Below the pieces are notes generated by a model that was given only the letters and a program-made list of their open reading frames with translations, did no database searches and was not told the origin of the DNA. The translations under genes and the position numbers were made by a program. A DNA stretch of 60,819 nt, filler included, from Sphacelaria rigidula (Eukaryota), in the NCBI GenBank assembly GCA_964200075.2. It is 10 parts of 10 records of this genome, joined end to end, with 100 filler letters (N's around TTAATTAATTAA, not from the genome) between each part and the next. Parts side by side here need not be neighbours in the genome. Positions count along the whole stretch, not along the records: positions 1 to 5,992 come from CAXNAA020022958.1; positions 6,093 to 12,084 come from CAXNAA020022959.1; 8 more parts are not named here. One strand, given 5' to 3'. Positions within the stretch are counted from its first letter, which is position 1. Each line of letters starts with the position of its first letter. This document shows positions 1 through 11,597 of the stretch, in pieces.

Positions 1-110
1 GGATTCGTTGCCACTGACTAAACGACTAATGCAAGCAATGAATAAATACGCCCCCCCCCCCCCTTCCTCATTTTTTGGAAACAAAATCTTGTCTTCCTCC
101 TCGTTCGAAG

Positions 111-242
111 GTAAAAGCGGAACATTTCCCCATCGTTGGCGACGCTCTCATGGCTACCCTGACGGCGGCTCTTGGCGCTGACTTCACGCCCGAGATCAGA
201 CAGTCTTGGATGGCCGCCTACGCCCTCATGTCCAACATCATG
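111..242 (+). CDS. Globin-domain protein, internal exon (FG corner, G and H helices)
   Basis: Pyrimidine tract + AG at 109-110 and GTGAGT donor at 243. The 132-nt phase 0-0 exon translates to VKAEHFPIVGDALMATLTAALGADFTPEIRQSWMAAYALMSNIM, matching the V-x-x-EH(F/Y)PIVGxAL...LGxxFTPExxxAWxxAY pattern of 3/3 (flavohaemoglobin/single-domain-type) globins. Not in the supplied ORF track. Confidence 0.88.
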
Positions 243-669
243 GTGAGTTAGTCAACCATGTATTTTTCTTCTTGTTGCTTTTGTTGGTCTACTCTTCCGT
301 TTTTATCTCTACTACAAGTGTACCTTTTCTGCTTCCCCTCACTGTTCTTGAGCGAGTGTTTCACTTTTTGTTTTGTCGTCTTGGATACACACGTCTATCG
401 TGCGACAGTCAATCTCATCTCATCTATCTCATCTAATCTAATCTGATCTGATCTGATCTGATGCAATCTTATCCAATCACATCAATCCCAGAGGGAGGGG
501 CGTTCACACCAATCCGGCTTCCTCCAATCCGTGGACGAACGTTACCGTTCTCACTCACACCTGAACCTCCAACCTTCGTCGCACATTAGGAACAGATCCC
601 CGAGGGGCGCAGCCGTGGTTTTCATTATCCTGAGTGCAGATGTGCGACACACCAATCGATCAAAATCAA

Positions 670-921
670 TCACACGTCGGACAGGTCGTGAGCTACCTGG
701 ATATTACTTGTTATTAGAGTACTGATCCGGATCATGAGCTAGCTCATTCGGCCCCTATTTCCGTATTAGCTCCCGACAGCCGAGCAGAGGCGTGTAGCGG
801 GAAGGTGACGCTTTGGCTCCTCGGACATTGCTGTCACGTGCTTTGTGTTTTGGTACAATGGATCTGAGAGTTCTCTCCGATTAGTTATTTCAGGTAGCTC
901 GTGAGCTGTCCGACGTATGAG
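670..921. mobile_element. MITE-like element with ~38-bp imperfect TIRs
   Basis: TCACACGTCGGACAGGTCGTGAGCTACCTGGATATTACT at ~670 pairs with AGTTATTTCAGGTAGCTCGTGAGCTGTCCGACGTATGA at ~883-921. Confidence 0.55.
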
Positions 922-979
922 ATCAATCAAGGGTTGGACGAATCAATGATTATTCCGGAAATCACTGGATTTTAGAGTA

Positions 980-1190
980 ATTGATTCGTACGGTACGAAT
1001 CATCCTTAGGATTTGTCGTCAGCGTTGCGAGCCAGGTACGTGCATCCCAGGCACGTGGAATGGCGCAAAAATTGTGTGGAGACCTCTTTGACCAGCGGTC
1101 GTCTTTTTTTTCTCTTTTTCGATCAATCGGGCCTAAGAAATCGTAGGTTTGATAATTCGAACCCGCGATGATCCGCCCGCAACGTGAAAT
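980..1190. repeat. Dispersed repeat, related copy at ~34505-34690
   Basis: Shared ordered blocks CTTAGG..CAGCGTTGC..GGCACGT(G/A)GAATGGCG..AAATCGTA..ATTCGAACC..CGATGAT in two different contigs. Confidence 0.55.
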
Positions 1191-1351
1191 CGATAAAAAT
1201 GAATCAAAATCATTAAAAATCACTCAACACCGACTCTTGTCATGAAGACTTTTCTCCGTTACTCACGTGCCCTCACGTTCTCAACGGCGAACATAGATTC
1301 CTCTCTTGAAATATATATACATCTTATTATATATATTTTAATTGTCGCGTT

Positions 1352-1636
1352 TTGAATCCCTTCCCTTCTCGGGATGAGTCCGTGGTCTCAAGGGATCAAG
1401 CCATCTCTCCCCCGGTACACGCCTTGCATTTTGGTCTCTCACGCATTAGGTCAGCACTCCCGCACCGCGTCAACTCACGTCACACAAACCCTGTCGACTA
1501 CTTTGTTTTACTCACGTTCTCACGCTTTCCGCGGTGAAAGTCAGATACTACGAAGAAAAAACCCAACGCATCGGGAATCGAACCCTCGTTCTCTCCACCC
1601 TAATGGCGACAGTCGGATCATTACACCACCGGGGCG
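1352..1636 (-). mobile_element. tRNA-derived SINE (family A)
   Basis: Minus strand starts CGCCCCGGTGGTGTAATG (A-box-like) ... GGGTTCGATTCCCG (B-box). The body ending GATCCCTTGAGACCACGGACTC...GGGATTCAA recurs at ~20.9-21.15, 22.27-22.76 and 44.5-44.8 kb. Confidence 0.75.
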
Positions 1637-2802
1637 CGGGGGCCTATATATATAAGGAAATCATGTGTTGAAATTTCGAAGCCGTAACCGTTCGCCTTAA
1701 ACTGGCTCTTGATAGACAGGTGGACCAGTTAGATAGACACTACCGTCGAACCGCGGCGGGTTATTATTTCCCCCCCCCGGAAAATCCCCAAGTAAAATAA
1801 GAGAGCAAATAAACAACATGAACGAACCAAGATGAATGTGGTGAGCCGAGTTTTCGCAGGCGTTATTATTGCGTGCTGAACCAGTTCTAATGTTGAAAAT
1901 AAAGAAGCTTGTATGTGGAACAAACACCCTACGGAGCAAACTGAGAAACCAAAACTAGAAATATATAAAAAAACAAAAGGAGGGAAGGGGGTGCTGGCTG
2001 ACTCCGCGATAACAATGTGTAAAACATGTGTATGCATGCACGGTTCAGGGGGGAAGGGATACGATTCGGGTACAATATTTTTTGGGGTTTTGTACGATCC
2101 CTCGAAAACTCGGGATTCGTCCTGGGGACGGGACAGGGAGGCGGACCCTTCTTCGGCCGCCAGGGTGGGTCACCTGTGGAACCGGCATCATTCATTAATC
2201 ACTTGGAGGATGAACATCAAGAGCCAGATGACCCACCTTGAAGGTTACAGAGGTTAAGGGGTTTGCTATGACTGCAGTGCGACAAATGAAAAATAAAATA
2301 AGAGATGAGAAATAATGAGAATATGACGGAAAAAGTTTGAACAACTAAAAATATGGACTTACCCAACTGTAGCCCTTACCCGGGCTCCTAGCAAATGCTT
2401 ATCAAAAGCCCTCGGGTGATGGAGCGTTTATCTTGCCAGCGAAGTTGTCGAATGATCCTGCGCCCAGAGAGTCTACTATTCAAGTATTACTAAATAGGCC
2501 TGTATCAAGGCCTGTGTGGCAATCCAAATGAATACGAGGAAGATTTGACGCCCGGCGTGGTGGAGCGCTAACGGTCCCTGCGGTAGGTGGGGTGAAGGGG
2601 AGGCGTTTCGAGGTACGGTACGGTTCGTTACCTGGCTATGTATGCAGTAAGAGTACCTCTGAGTTCAAGGAGGGGCCCTAACAAGGGTGATGAAAATAGA
2701 GAAATGTGCACACGTCGGACTACTTTTTGTTGGTATGGCTACGGCATGCAAGGTGATGAGTACCCCACCCCCACCTCCCCTCCGCGCGTGCGCTTCCTTT
2801 AG

Positions 2803-3110
2803 ATATCGGTGCTGGAGGAGCCGCCGGAAACGGAGCGAGAGAGAGATGCACTCGACACATCCTCTACCAGCGCCAGCTCGTATTCTACAGACCGCCCATC
2901 ATCTTACAGGCATGGCCGTGGCCCGCCGGCGATGAAAACACTTCAGTCACGAAGCTATGACCGTGTTAGCACGGCCGGGTCGAGCTCAGGGGGTACAGGT
3001 GCGCAAGATGGTGTGGGCAGCAGTACTGCGTTGGGGAACGCAACAATGGGGTCTGCGAAGGCGTCCGGCCGGGCCTCGGGGAGAATACAAAAATCGAAGA
3101 TGTACAAGAG
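2803..3110 (+). CDS. Probable next exon of the globin gene (end of H helix + Ser/Gly-rich extension)
   Basis: CTTCCTTTAG acceptor at 2801-2802. The phase-0 start joins the globin exon in frame (...MSNIM|ISVLEEPPETERE...). Open for 308 nt, ending at AG|GTGAGG donor (alternatively a stop at 3112-3114). Confidence 0.6.
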
Positions 3111-3825
3111 GTGAGGGGTACTGTGTTTGTTTTCGTGGTTTGGGAATTGTGACTTGTGTGTGTGCGGGAAAAAAAACGGAATTGCAGAAGTAGTGCTGAT
3201 TACTTTCATGGTACCTCTGTCACCTGCTTTGCTTGGCTGGATTAGAGAGTTTCGGGGGGAAAAAATGAGCCAAAAACTCAGGGATAATTCGCGTCTTCTT
3301 ACGAAAATCCAATTAAACGATAATTATACCTGATTTTTTCCGGCCTGTTTTTGTTGTTCCGAACCCCTCTATTATGCCTCTCTTGTTGTGTGCTGTGTAG
3401 TCTGCCTCAGGTCTTTTTTCTTTTTCCTTTTTCCTTTTTAGGATATTTTCTTTGCATGTTTTTCAACTACATCTATTAAATATGATCGTATTTACAAATT
3501 ACATGAAAAAAATATCGAAAAATGTTGCAAAATGACCATCGCCATCATCATCATCTTAGCGGTGCGATGATTGTAACATATACACACGAGTTTTTTACGA
3601 AAGTGGATCCGGTGCGGCAGTGCGGGTCAAAATCATTCCGAGATACCAAAAATGTCGGCGATGTACCGGACCGAGGCAGACACGGGTTGAGTCCACACCC
3701 TGGAAAATAGCTTGCACTGTGAAAAAATGTACTGCGTACCGTATCGACTATTGCATCTTTTGCAATAGACAAAAGATTCCATACTGTACGCATTACACTT
3801 TTTAAAAATGTAATCTTTTGTCCAG

Positions 3826-3919
3826 GCTGTGGTTGACTCCAAGAGGGTGTTGCGTAGGGTGTTTTCTACGTCTCGGTGTTACGAAAAATCGTACTCCAAG
3901 CACCCACAATTTCGGGTAG
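3826..3919 (+). CDS. Possible terminal exon of the globin gene
   Basis: TTTTGTCCAG acceptor; phase-2 compatible with the donor at 3111; reads (R)LWLTPRGCCVGCFLRLGVTKNRTPSTHNFG-stop. Confidence 0.35.
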
Positions 3920-5992
3920 ATGGCTGTATTGAGATCGTCCTCGACGAGATGGGCAGAGTGGTGCGATCGCGCCTAACGTTAACCAATATTTGGATCGAGT
4001 TTGGAGATGGAACAATGACAACACAAAATTCGGGAGAGTAAATATCCGGGTATATACCCTGTATCCAACACACCCTTCGTGGATTCATCCCTTCAAGCGG
4101 TGGAATTGTCCCGAGGATGGCGCAGAGGTTGGAAATACGACGGGTAGGGAAAGAGAAATGCCCTAGTTCTTGTTTCTTGTCTTGTTTTGTGACGTACTGT
4201 TTTGTGCTACTCGTACTGTCTGACAGGGGATGTGCGAGTGTTGTACGGTGTACTGCACGGGCGAACGCTTGTGTTTGTGCTGCACAGGTTTTTTAGGGTC
4301 ATGGTGGGGGAGCCATGTGCAGTATGCGTAGACACTCTCTACGATACCCCCCCCCAAAAAAAGAAAGAAAAAAGGGCCTGGTTCGGGGAGGGAAAATCTT
4401 CACGTAAAGTGGAAAAAGCCGAGCACAGCGAGCAGCTGGGAATCCCCACGCTTGGGTTCGTTCTCGCCAAAGTCTCACATATGAGGCGCTTTATGCAGCC
4501 TGAACCCAAGCATCAGGCGCTGCATGACGATTTTTTTCGCGACACTTTTGGGCTGGTTTTGGGGGGGTGGTATCGTAGAAAGTGTCCATAGCACACGGTG
4601 AATACATGCTATGTTTGTATGTATGTATGTATGTATATATGTGAATGATGAAAAATAAAAAAGAATGATAAACATGTATGCATAAACAACCGGTCGAGCA
4701 ATGTACTTCGTATGTGATGAAGGTGACACGTGTGTGACGACGCCGATTCTATTATAACACACACATGAATACACATATATATTGCGGGCTTTTGTATGCG
4801 ACGACCAAAAGAAGACCTAGAAAAAGGATGAAAAAGAACAGCGCACATCCTCGTCATTTGGCACGCGTGAACGATTGTATTCAGAAACCTTCAGATTTGG
4901 TCGCAACCCCCACCCCATCCCGCACCCGGACAAATCTAGCGTGGTTTCGTTGTACTGTACTATGCTGTGCTGTACTGTGCCGTGACGTGCTACGCTGTAT
5001 TGGTCTCCTGTGCACTGGATCGTTAGATTGGCGACACGGAGTCTATATACCTCTGTAGTCAACGTTTGAAAATGGGAATGTGTCAATCGCGAGTTTTTCG
5101 CGGACGACTTGTCACCTTCACCCTCCAAAAATTGGGAGTAGTCGGTGGGCGTTAGAAGCAGAAGCAGCTCGTGCACACGACACGGTTCCCAATCTTGTAT
5201 TCGTCAGAAAAATACGGAGTAGAGGCCTGTTGAGCGAGGGGGTGTTATTGACCGTACTTGATGAAGAAACACGGTGTTTCGGATTGCTGCGCAAAAAATA
5301 TCGAGAAATCAAACAAAAAGTATAAGCGATCGAATTGTTGATTGTGACCATCCGGATCGGTTTGGTTGAGCGAAGATGTCAAAGAACGAGAACTGGGGGG
5401 CTTGTATGCTCGTGGGATCTACAGCGACTGATGAGCCCGTAGCTCGCTCAACATTGATCATGGAAAATATTTTTCTGTATTCGAAATTTGTGTCAGTTAT
5501 TTTCGTCTCTCGATTCCCAAAGTTTGGGGATCAAACAGAAATCGTGGTGAGTCGGGGTAATCGAAGGAACCTGAAAAAAATCGTACTCGATCGTTTTTTT
5601 TATTCAAACGTTTTGGGTACCGTAATAATTTCAGTGTATTGAAATGTTATGTATAGCAAATAAATCTTTTTCAGTATATGGCTATTTTATGTGTAGTATT
5701 TTTTTTTCAAAGGGGACACAATATATATATATATATGTATATACTTAAGGGAAAGCAACAACGTATTAATTTTAGTTCAATTATAATTTAATTTGTTTGT
5801 TGTTTGGGAGTCAGTTGTTGGGGTCGTTGGGGGTAGAGTATTCGTTTTTTCGGAAAAAATGGAACACAACAATTGTAGTCACAACGTTATTGTCACGGAA
5901 CACAAAAAACTCACCCTGGAAGACTTCCATACGTCGGACGAGCCATCACTCGTCGAGACGAGTGCACTCGTTGATGTTTTTCGAAAACACAA

Positions 5993-6092
5993 NNNNNNNN
6001 NNNNNNNNNNNNNNNNNNNNNNNNNNNNNNNNNNNNTTAATTAATTAANNNNNNNNNNNNNNNNNNNNNNNNNNNNNNNNNNNNNNNNNNNN
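5993..6092. other. Artificial contig spacer (also 12085-12184, 18177-18276, 24269-24368, 30361-30460, 36453-36552, 42545-42644, 48637-48736, 54729-54828)
   Basis: N44-TTAATTAATTAA-N44 (stops in all six frames) recurs every 6,092 nt; the intervening contigs are all 5,991-5,992 bp. Confidence 0.99.
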
Positions 6093-8085
6093 CCAATAGT
6101 GGGATCGCAGCCGGTTCGTTGGATGGTGCCGGTGCACGTTCTGTGGGGGGGCTATCTCGGCATTAGTCGGCTCTCTGTCGGTTCGGACCGCGGTTCTTGC
6201 GGTCCGGGCGGCTCTGTTCGGATCCGCGCGAGAAGGGTCCTCCACCACCATGCCGGCGGCGTGAGCCTCCTCCACCGCACCGTCCCTCCTGTTATTCTTC
6301 TTCCCGCGGCAGTTGGCACTCGTCGGAGTCCAACTTTCGTCATCCTGATCTTCCTCGGCAATGTTGGCGTCCGGATCGGAGTTATGAGCGTCGTGTAGTG
6401 CCGCAAAGAGGTCATGTACCGACGCGACATATCGAGGTTGGTCTGGCCCTGCGCCGATAGTCATTTGCAGGACCAGTTGGCCCAAGGTTAGGAACGCCAT
6501 GCCGTCGTCGGGGAGGAGACCGTCCTGGCCCAGAAATAGACCGACAACCCAATGTACCAAGCTGGACAGCGATTTCCAGGCATCCTTGGAACAGCGCAAG
6601 TGGTCGGGGCAGTTGTACGGGTCGATCTTTCCGGCAGCGGTACGTCTGCGCCACAAGTGTTCGCGGTTGGTGAGGTCAAGGCTTGTTGGGAGACCGGTGG
6701 ACGACGGGCATCATGTCGGTTGGGGGACGGGGATGTTGGTTCTGCACTTCTTGTGGCGGCAGCAGCGTCGGCGTAAGACGGCCTATCGGTCCTCCGCGGA
6801 ATGCGGTATGACGAAGGAGTAGTCTTGGGCTGGGCCGTGGAGTGGCTTGAATGCGGGGAAGAGGGGCGGCCACCAAACACGTTACTGGTGGAAGGAGGGG
6901 AAGCCTGGTGGGTGGTAAGACGGACCGCAGACGTGGCGGCGTCGTGAGCAGTCCGTCGTACATGATCTTCCAGGTCTTTTACTCGTTGTTGGGCCGCTTC
7001 AGCGGAAGCGCGACCCTCATGAAGGGCATGTTGAGCGGCGGCTCTAGAGGTTTGGGCTGGAGAAACCCCCCGCCTTAGGCCCTTTTGCGCGTTCGTATGG
7101 TCCTCCGCGACGAGGCTTGCGCCGGCGGCGTCGGCCTCACGTTGCCTGGCTAAGATATCTTTGGCTAAGGCTGGCGCTTCATGGGCATAGTCCGCGATGA
7201 GCTGGATTTGTTCCACGCGGGGGCGGTCCGTGAACAGCCTTAGGAGAAGGCCGAGAGGGCAGTGCTCGTCGCTGAGCGGGGGATGGACTTCCACAGACGG
7301 GGGAGCGGGCACCGGGGGATTCGGGACGGGATCGGTGGTGGGACCGCTGTCGGCGTCAGTGTCGACGGCACTTAGCGCGGCAATAGTGGTGGGAGCGAGG
7401 GTGGCAGCGGCAGCAGTGGCGGCGGTGGCAGCGGCGGTGGCAGCGGCAGCGGTGTTTTCCTTGGTGTCCATAGTGCTCGTTTTCAGCGTTTACTCCAACT
7501 CTGTTAGTTTACGTTGGAGAGAACGAACAGTCGCAGCATCAGAGCGGGACGGGAGGTCGCGGTCATTGCGGGTTCGTCGAGGGTGCGATGAGTGTCGGGT
7601 GGATCCCTCTATTAAGGATTCAAGAGCCGGTAACGTGTCCGAAAATATATCGCGGATGTCGGCAGCATGTACAGTACTATCATGACGTGAATGACGGCGT
7701 CGTGATCGAGGCGAAACAGAAGCGAAGCACGTGGTCGCGTGATTGGCATTCTTCAACCGCGCTGGGATGCGCGATGAATTCGATCTACGCCGTGAAGTGT
7801 CCTCGTGGGTCCGGTCATGGCCGGCATTTATCCGGCGCGTGAGAGTGCGCGATGAATTGGAGCTGTGTCGTCAACTACCCACGTGGGTACGATCACGATC
7901 GACATTCTTCGAGCGCCTGAGAGCGAACGATGAATTGAAGCTATGCCGCGAGCTACCCTCGTGGGTACGGTCACGGGTCACGTGGTCATGATCGACTGTC
8001 GGTGTGCGACGCCGTCCGAGAGCGCGAATCTGACTTTGGTGAGAAATGGAGGAGGGGTAGGATGCGGTTTTGTCGAAGCTCTCAT
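6093..8085 (-). mobile_element. Degenerate gag/ORF1-like region of a retroelement (class uncertain)
   Basis: Chain of intronless GC-rich minus-strand ORFs (7490-7756, 6488-7471, and one from 6656 to the contig edge), broken by stops/frameshifts. Ala/Pro/Ser-rich with a coiled-coil-like stretch (AEAAQQRVKDLEDHVRR). No diagnostic domain seen. Confidence 0.45.
7741..7985. repeat. Three diverged 81-bp tandem repeats
   Basis: CGATGAATT and CGTGGGT(C/A)CG recur with 81-nt spacing; + strand translation gives three 27-aa units (RDEFDLRREVSSWVRS / RDELELCRQLPTWVRS / NDELKLCRELPSWVRS). Confidence 0.8.
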
Positions 8086-8837
8086 GAGAGATCTACGGAG
8101 AACGCGGTGCTAGTATTTAGGCCACGTATGCTAGCTGTAAGATATCTTTGTACAAGTTTGCACTTGATCCAAGCTAAAGAGCTGGCAAGGCTACCGCGTC
8201 AGCAGTAGCGAGGTGCAACTGGATGATACGATTTAGTCCTACGTACGTGTAGAAGTCTTCGCGTTTTGTTCCAGGATTTAGAATGCTTGGAATCGGATGG
8301 TCTCTACCACCCTTGCAATCACTCTCCCAAGCTTACTCAGCCTTTCTTCATTTCCTCAGCCCTCTGCTTGCAAAAGAGGCTGCTTGATTTTGTTCGGCCG
8401 AAGTCAAGAGCCCCGAAAGCCATTTGTCTTTCGACTTTCTGTCTGCTGCCAAAGTAAGCGGTTTAAGTGCCACTTTGTAAACTCTGCCATACTGCTGTCC
8501 CTGCGACGGTAGACGGTCTGTTTCGAGAACAGTACCAAACATCACGAGCAAAATATTTTCAACAGCCTACCGCCTGAGCTGCTGCACCTGCCTGCAAGTC
8601 CTGGAGTATGGACCGTGCAAATGATATGTGACGGTTATAAACCACGGGTGTTGTCACGTGATTGGCGCCCCCTATTCATATCTGATATTATTCTTTAAAC
8701 GAAATTCGAGCCGTTAGAAATGACCTTATTATTTGTCTTTCTTTTACCTCCGTCCACACCTTTTCTCTGTCGGTTTGTTCACCGTGCATGACGCGTACAC
8801 CGGGCTACCATTGTAACACGTTCACCTGTCGCCATTG

Positions 8838-9042
8838 TAATGTGTGAGAGGACCCCGTGCTTAGAGGACCGCATCGGAATTTGAACATCGCTATGGTGAG
8901 GCTTAGGCTTGGGGTTTGGGTTAGAAATAGTGTTGGAGTTAGGGTCAGGGGCGTGGTCCTCGATTTGTTTCGAGAAACGTCGATCCTGAGGTGTTTCGAA
9001 CTATGATGCGGTCCTCTAAGCACGCGGTCCTCTCACGCAATA
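8838..9042. mobile_element. MITE with ~35-bp TIRs, TA ends and internal telomere-like hexamers
   Basis: TAATGTGTGAGAGGACCCCGTGCTTAGAGGACCGCATC ... GATGCGGTCCTCTAAGCACGCGGTCCTCTCACGCAATA; interior contains TTAGGC/TTGGGG/TTTGGG/TTAGGG/TCAGGG. Confidence 0.75.
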
Positions 9043-9243
9043 CATTCATGATACGGGGATTTCACCCGAACGCTTCCGCTACTCTCCCTCTATCCCTGTC
9101 CTTCAAGTATTGGATTTACCCCTGAAGGGTCGCTCACTCGCGAGCTATCGTAGTGCACACCCACCGTCGGCGGTAAACTGTTCTGCCCAGATAGGAGCAT
9201 ATACGCAATTTAAATCGTCACCCTCGAGATGTGAACTATGATA

Positions 9244-9503
9244 TGTGACGCCAGCCAGAAGAAGGACTGGTGGATCACTGCTGTTGACGGACTCCCCAGT
9301 CTCACTGGCCTTAGTTTCAGTTGTCAGCCTTTATATCATCTCATATTATCAGGAGTGCCGTTTCAAGGCACCCACCTTCTAGACCTGCAGGGTACCATCC
9401 CCGTGCCCCCGGTCATCATCCAGAACCCTCCAGAATCCTTGTGGCCAAAGTCGTAACCCATATTATCACTACCAACTCAACGTAACGGCGTATTTTCGTC
9501 TCA
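9244..9503 (-). mobile_element. 3' LTR of Ty3/Gypsy (chromovirus-like) element
   Basis: Homologous to 56214-56461; bounded by TGTGAC...GTCTCA; followed on + by the same flank (CCAAAGCGCGTTGG...) as the 56-kb copy. Confidence 0.75.
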
Positions 9504-11038
9504 GCACCACCAAAGCGCGTTGGACGAAAATCGATCAACAAGCTTGACACATAGGAAACGTCAAAATGATAAGCAAGTCACACCTGAATACCAAAGTCAC
9601 TCGAATCGGGGTAAACAAGTCAAACGGGGTCGTGATTGTGAAAATCTCCTGCGCCTCCTCCGCCGATAGCATCTACCAGTAACCTTGGAGGAGGTCCAAC
9701 TTGCCAACAAAACGGAGCACTCAACAGATGACGCACGTTCAACTCTTGGTTGGGCATTACATCCGGCGACTTCTCGACCTGCTCATGTACGGCTTTGTAG
9801 TCGCGCTTACCAGGCCAAACGAGTCTTCTTGGGAACTGCTCTCGCCGGACTGGACCATACCGCCTGCAGGTTCCGCACCACCAACCCGTGAGCTGAAAGA
9901 GCCACCATGCACGAGCCAACCTACTCGGCTTCTCCGGATCGTACCGTCGCGGCTTCATCTTCACCGCGGACGCCCCAGGTTTTAGCTGAACACGTATGGG
10001 CTCCACACGCGCAAGGAGGTCACCCCGCTGCCCACGACGAAACGCGTGGACGCGGCGATGCAATATTCCGCGCTGGCGCTCCGCTTTTGAGACGCTCAGG
10101 CCTTCGGCCACAGCATCCGTCACGCTCTCCTCCAGCGCGACGTTCCGAGCGGACTCCTCTTCCACCGGATCTATTAACATGTCCGGGTTGCGCTCTACTA
10201 AGCGCTCCACCACCGTATCCCGCTCCTCGGTCACCTGCTCCCCAGCCTCCTGAAAAGCATACACCGACAAGCTCACACGACGACTGCCCGAACAGGCGGG
10301 CGTCTCCACGTGCGGGCCAGGCGGAGATGTCCGCATCTTGATGGATTCCTGCAACCGATCATACGGGTCGACTCCAAGATTCTGAAGCGTCGGCAACCCC
10401 AGAAGGATAACGCCATCCGACCCCGACACAACCGCGAACGAGATCAGAGGCAACGGCGCCGGCCCCCAGGTAGTCGTGAAAGCCAGCTGGCAGCGGAGCA
10501 GTGCGCTCCGTGACGGAACCATGCTGACCCGACGCGGTGACGGCCTGCTGCGCCCCGAGCGAACACGGGATACGCAGCGGCACACCCGGGAGAAGATGAT
10601 CCAGCATCTCTACAATTTACACCAACAGACTCGTGAAGTGGGCGCCAGGATCCAACACAGTCGGAACCGCAATGACTCCACGCTCCCGTTGATTTGGAAG
10701 GCAAAAATACGTAGGAACGTATTTGTCCGCAAACTCCTCTGGCACTATATCCGCCGACCGATGCACCGCTAATCCCACTTGACGACACGATTGCGCAAGC
10801 TGCGCAGGCGAAGACACCCCGGAAAGTTTAGACGGAACCGCCGGCGGGTATGACCCACAACCAGCAGACCAAGAATTCGGCGAAAATCCGACCAGCGCAT
10901 CAGCAAGCGTCGCGCCGGCGACGCCGGCGCAGTGTTCGACACTGTAGAAGTCGGTCCCACCTGCACCGCCCGTTGCGGAGCAGCAGCGCCTACGGCGGCG
11001 CCGGACCCAGAACCACACCCATGCTGACGCCGCTGCCC

Positions 11039-11074
<36 letters not shown>

Positions 11075-11335
11075 AGGAGGAGGAGTCGACTGCAACCCTC
11101 CACCGCCGGAGGATCCGCCGCCGCCACCCCAATTACATCGTCATTTGTCCTTGTGCTGACAATGCTAATGGCGCGCGGCATGAGGCTGGCCAGCCTCCCC
11201 ACCGAAAGATGTTTGACGATCTCTCGCGTAATGGCCGACCGATTTCGCGCCGTGGTTACGCAAAACTTTTGGCGAAGAGGTGGACGACTGGCCGAACACC
11301 TCAATTTTTCGCCACTCCTTTACCTCGGCCACGAC
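9504..11335 (-). mobile_element. Internally deleted, degenerate Ty3/Gypsy gag-protease-RT remnant
   Basis: Protease-end motif VILLGLPTLQNLGVDPY; pre-RT RVEPIRVQLKPGA..KPRRY; RT DLLQGYW*M..AEEAQEIFTITTP at ~9620-9700, after which the sequence jumps to the element's 3' end (RNase H/integrase missing). Poly-CAG in gag at ~11040-11073. Confidence 0.85.
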
Positions 11336-11597
11336 GGTGTCCATCAGAGTGATGCTGCGATAGGGTCTGCACTTTGGGGGCCAAAACCGGCCTGATCCAG
11401 GGGTTCCTAAAATTAGGAACTACACAAGAAATGGGTCAGGATATCTCCGTTTGCAAATTCATCCGGGATATCCCTAGCAAATTGGACGAAAAACCGTGGC
11501 CTACTCTCACCTATTTCGAAATTTGTGTTTTGGATAAGATAAAGGGCTCCTAACAATTCTACTCTTAGGCCGTAAAAGTGCTGACCCTATCGCAGAA

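Noticed and set aside
5993..6092. Regularly spaced TTAATTAATTAA palindromes every 6,092 nt
   Set aside because: Artificial linker between size-sorted contigs; the periodicity and any ORFs crossing it are artefacts.
10617..11395. Poly-Ala/poly-Leu/poly-Ser ORFs
   Set aside because: Alternative readings of one CAG microsatellite within Gypsy gag.
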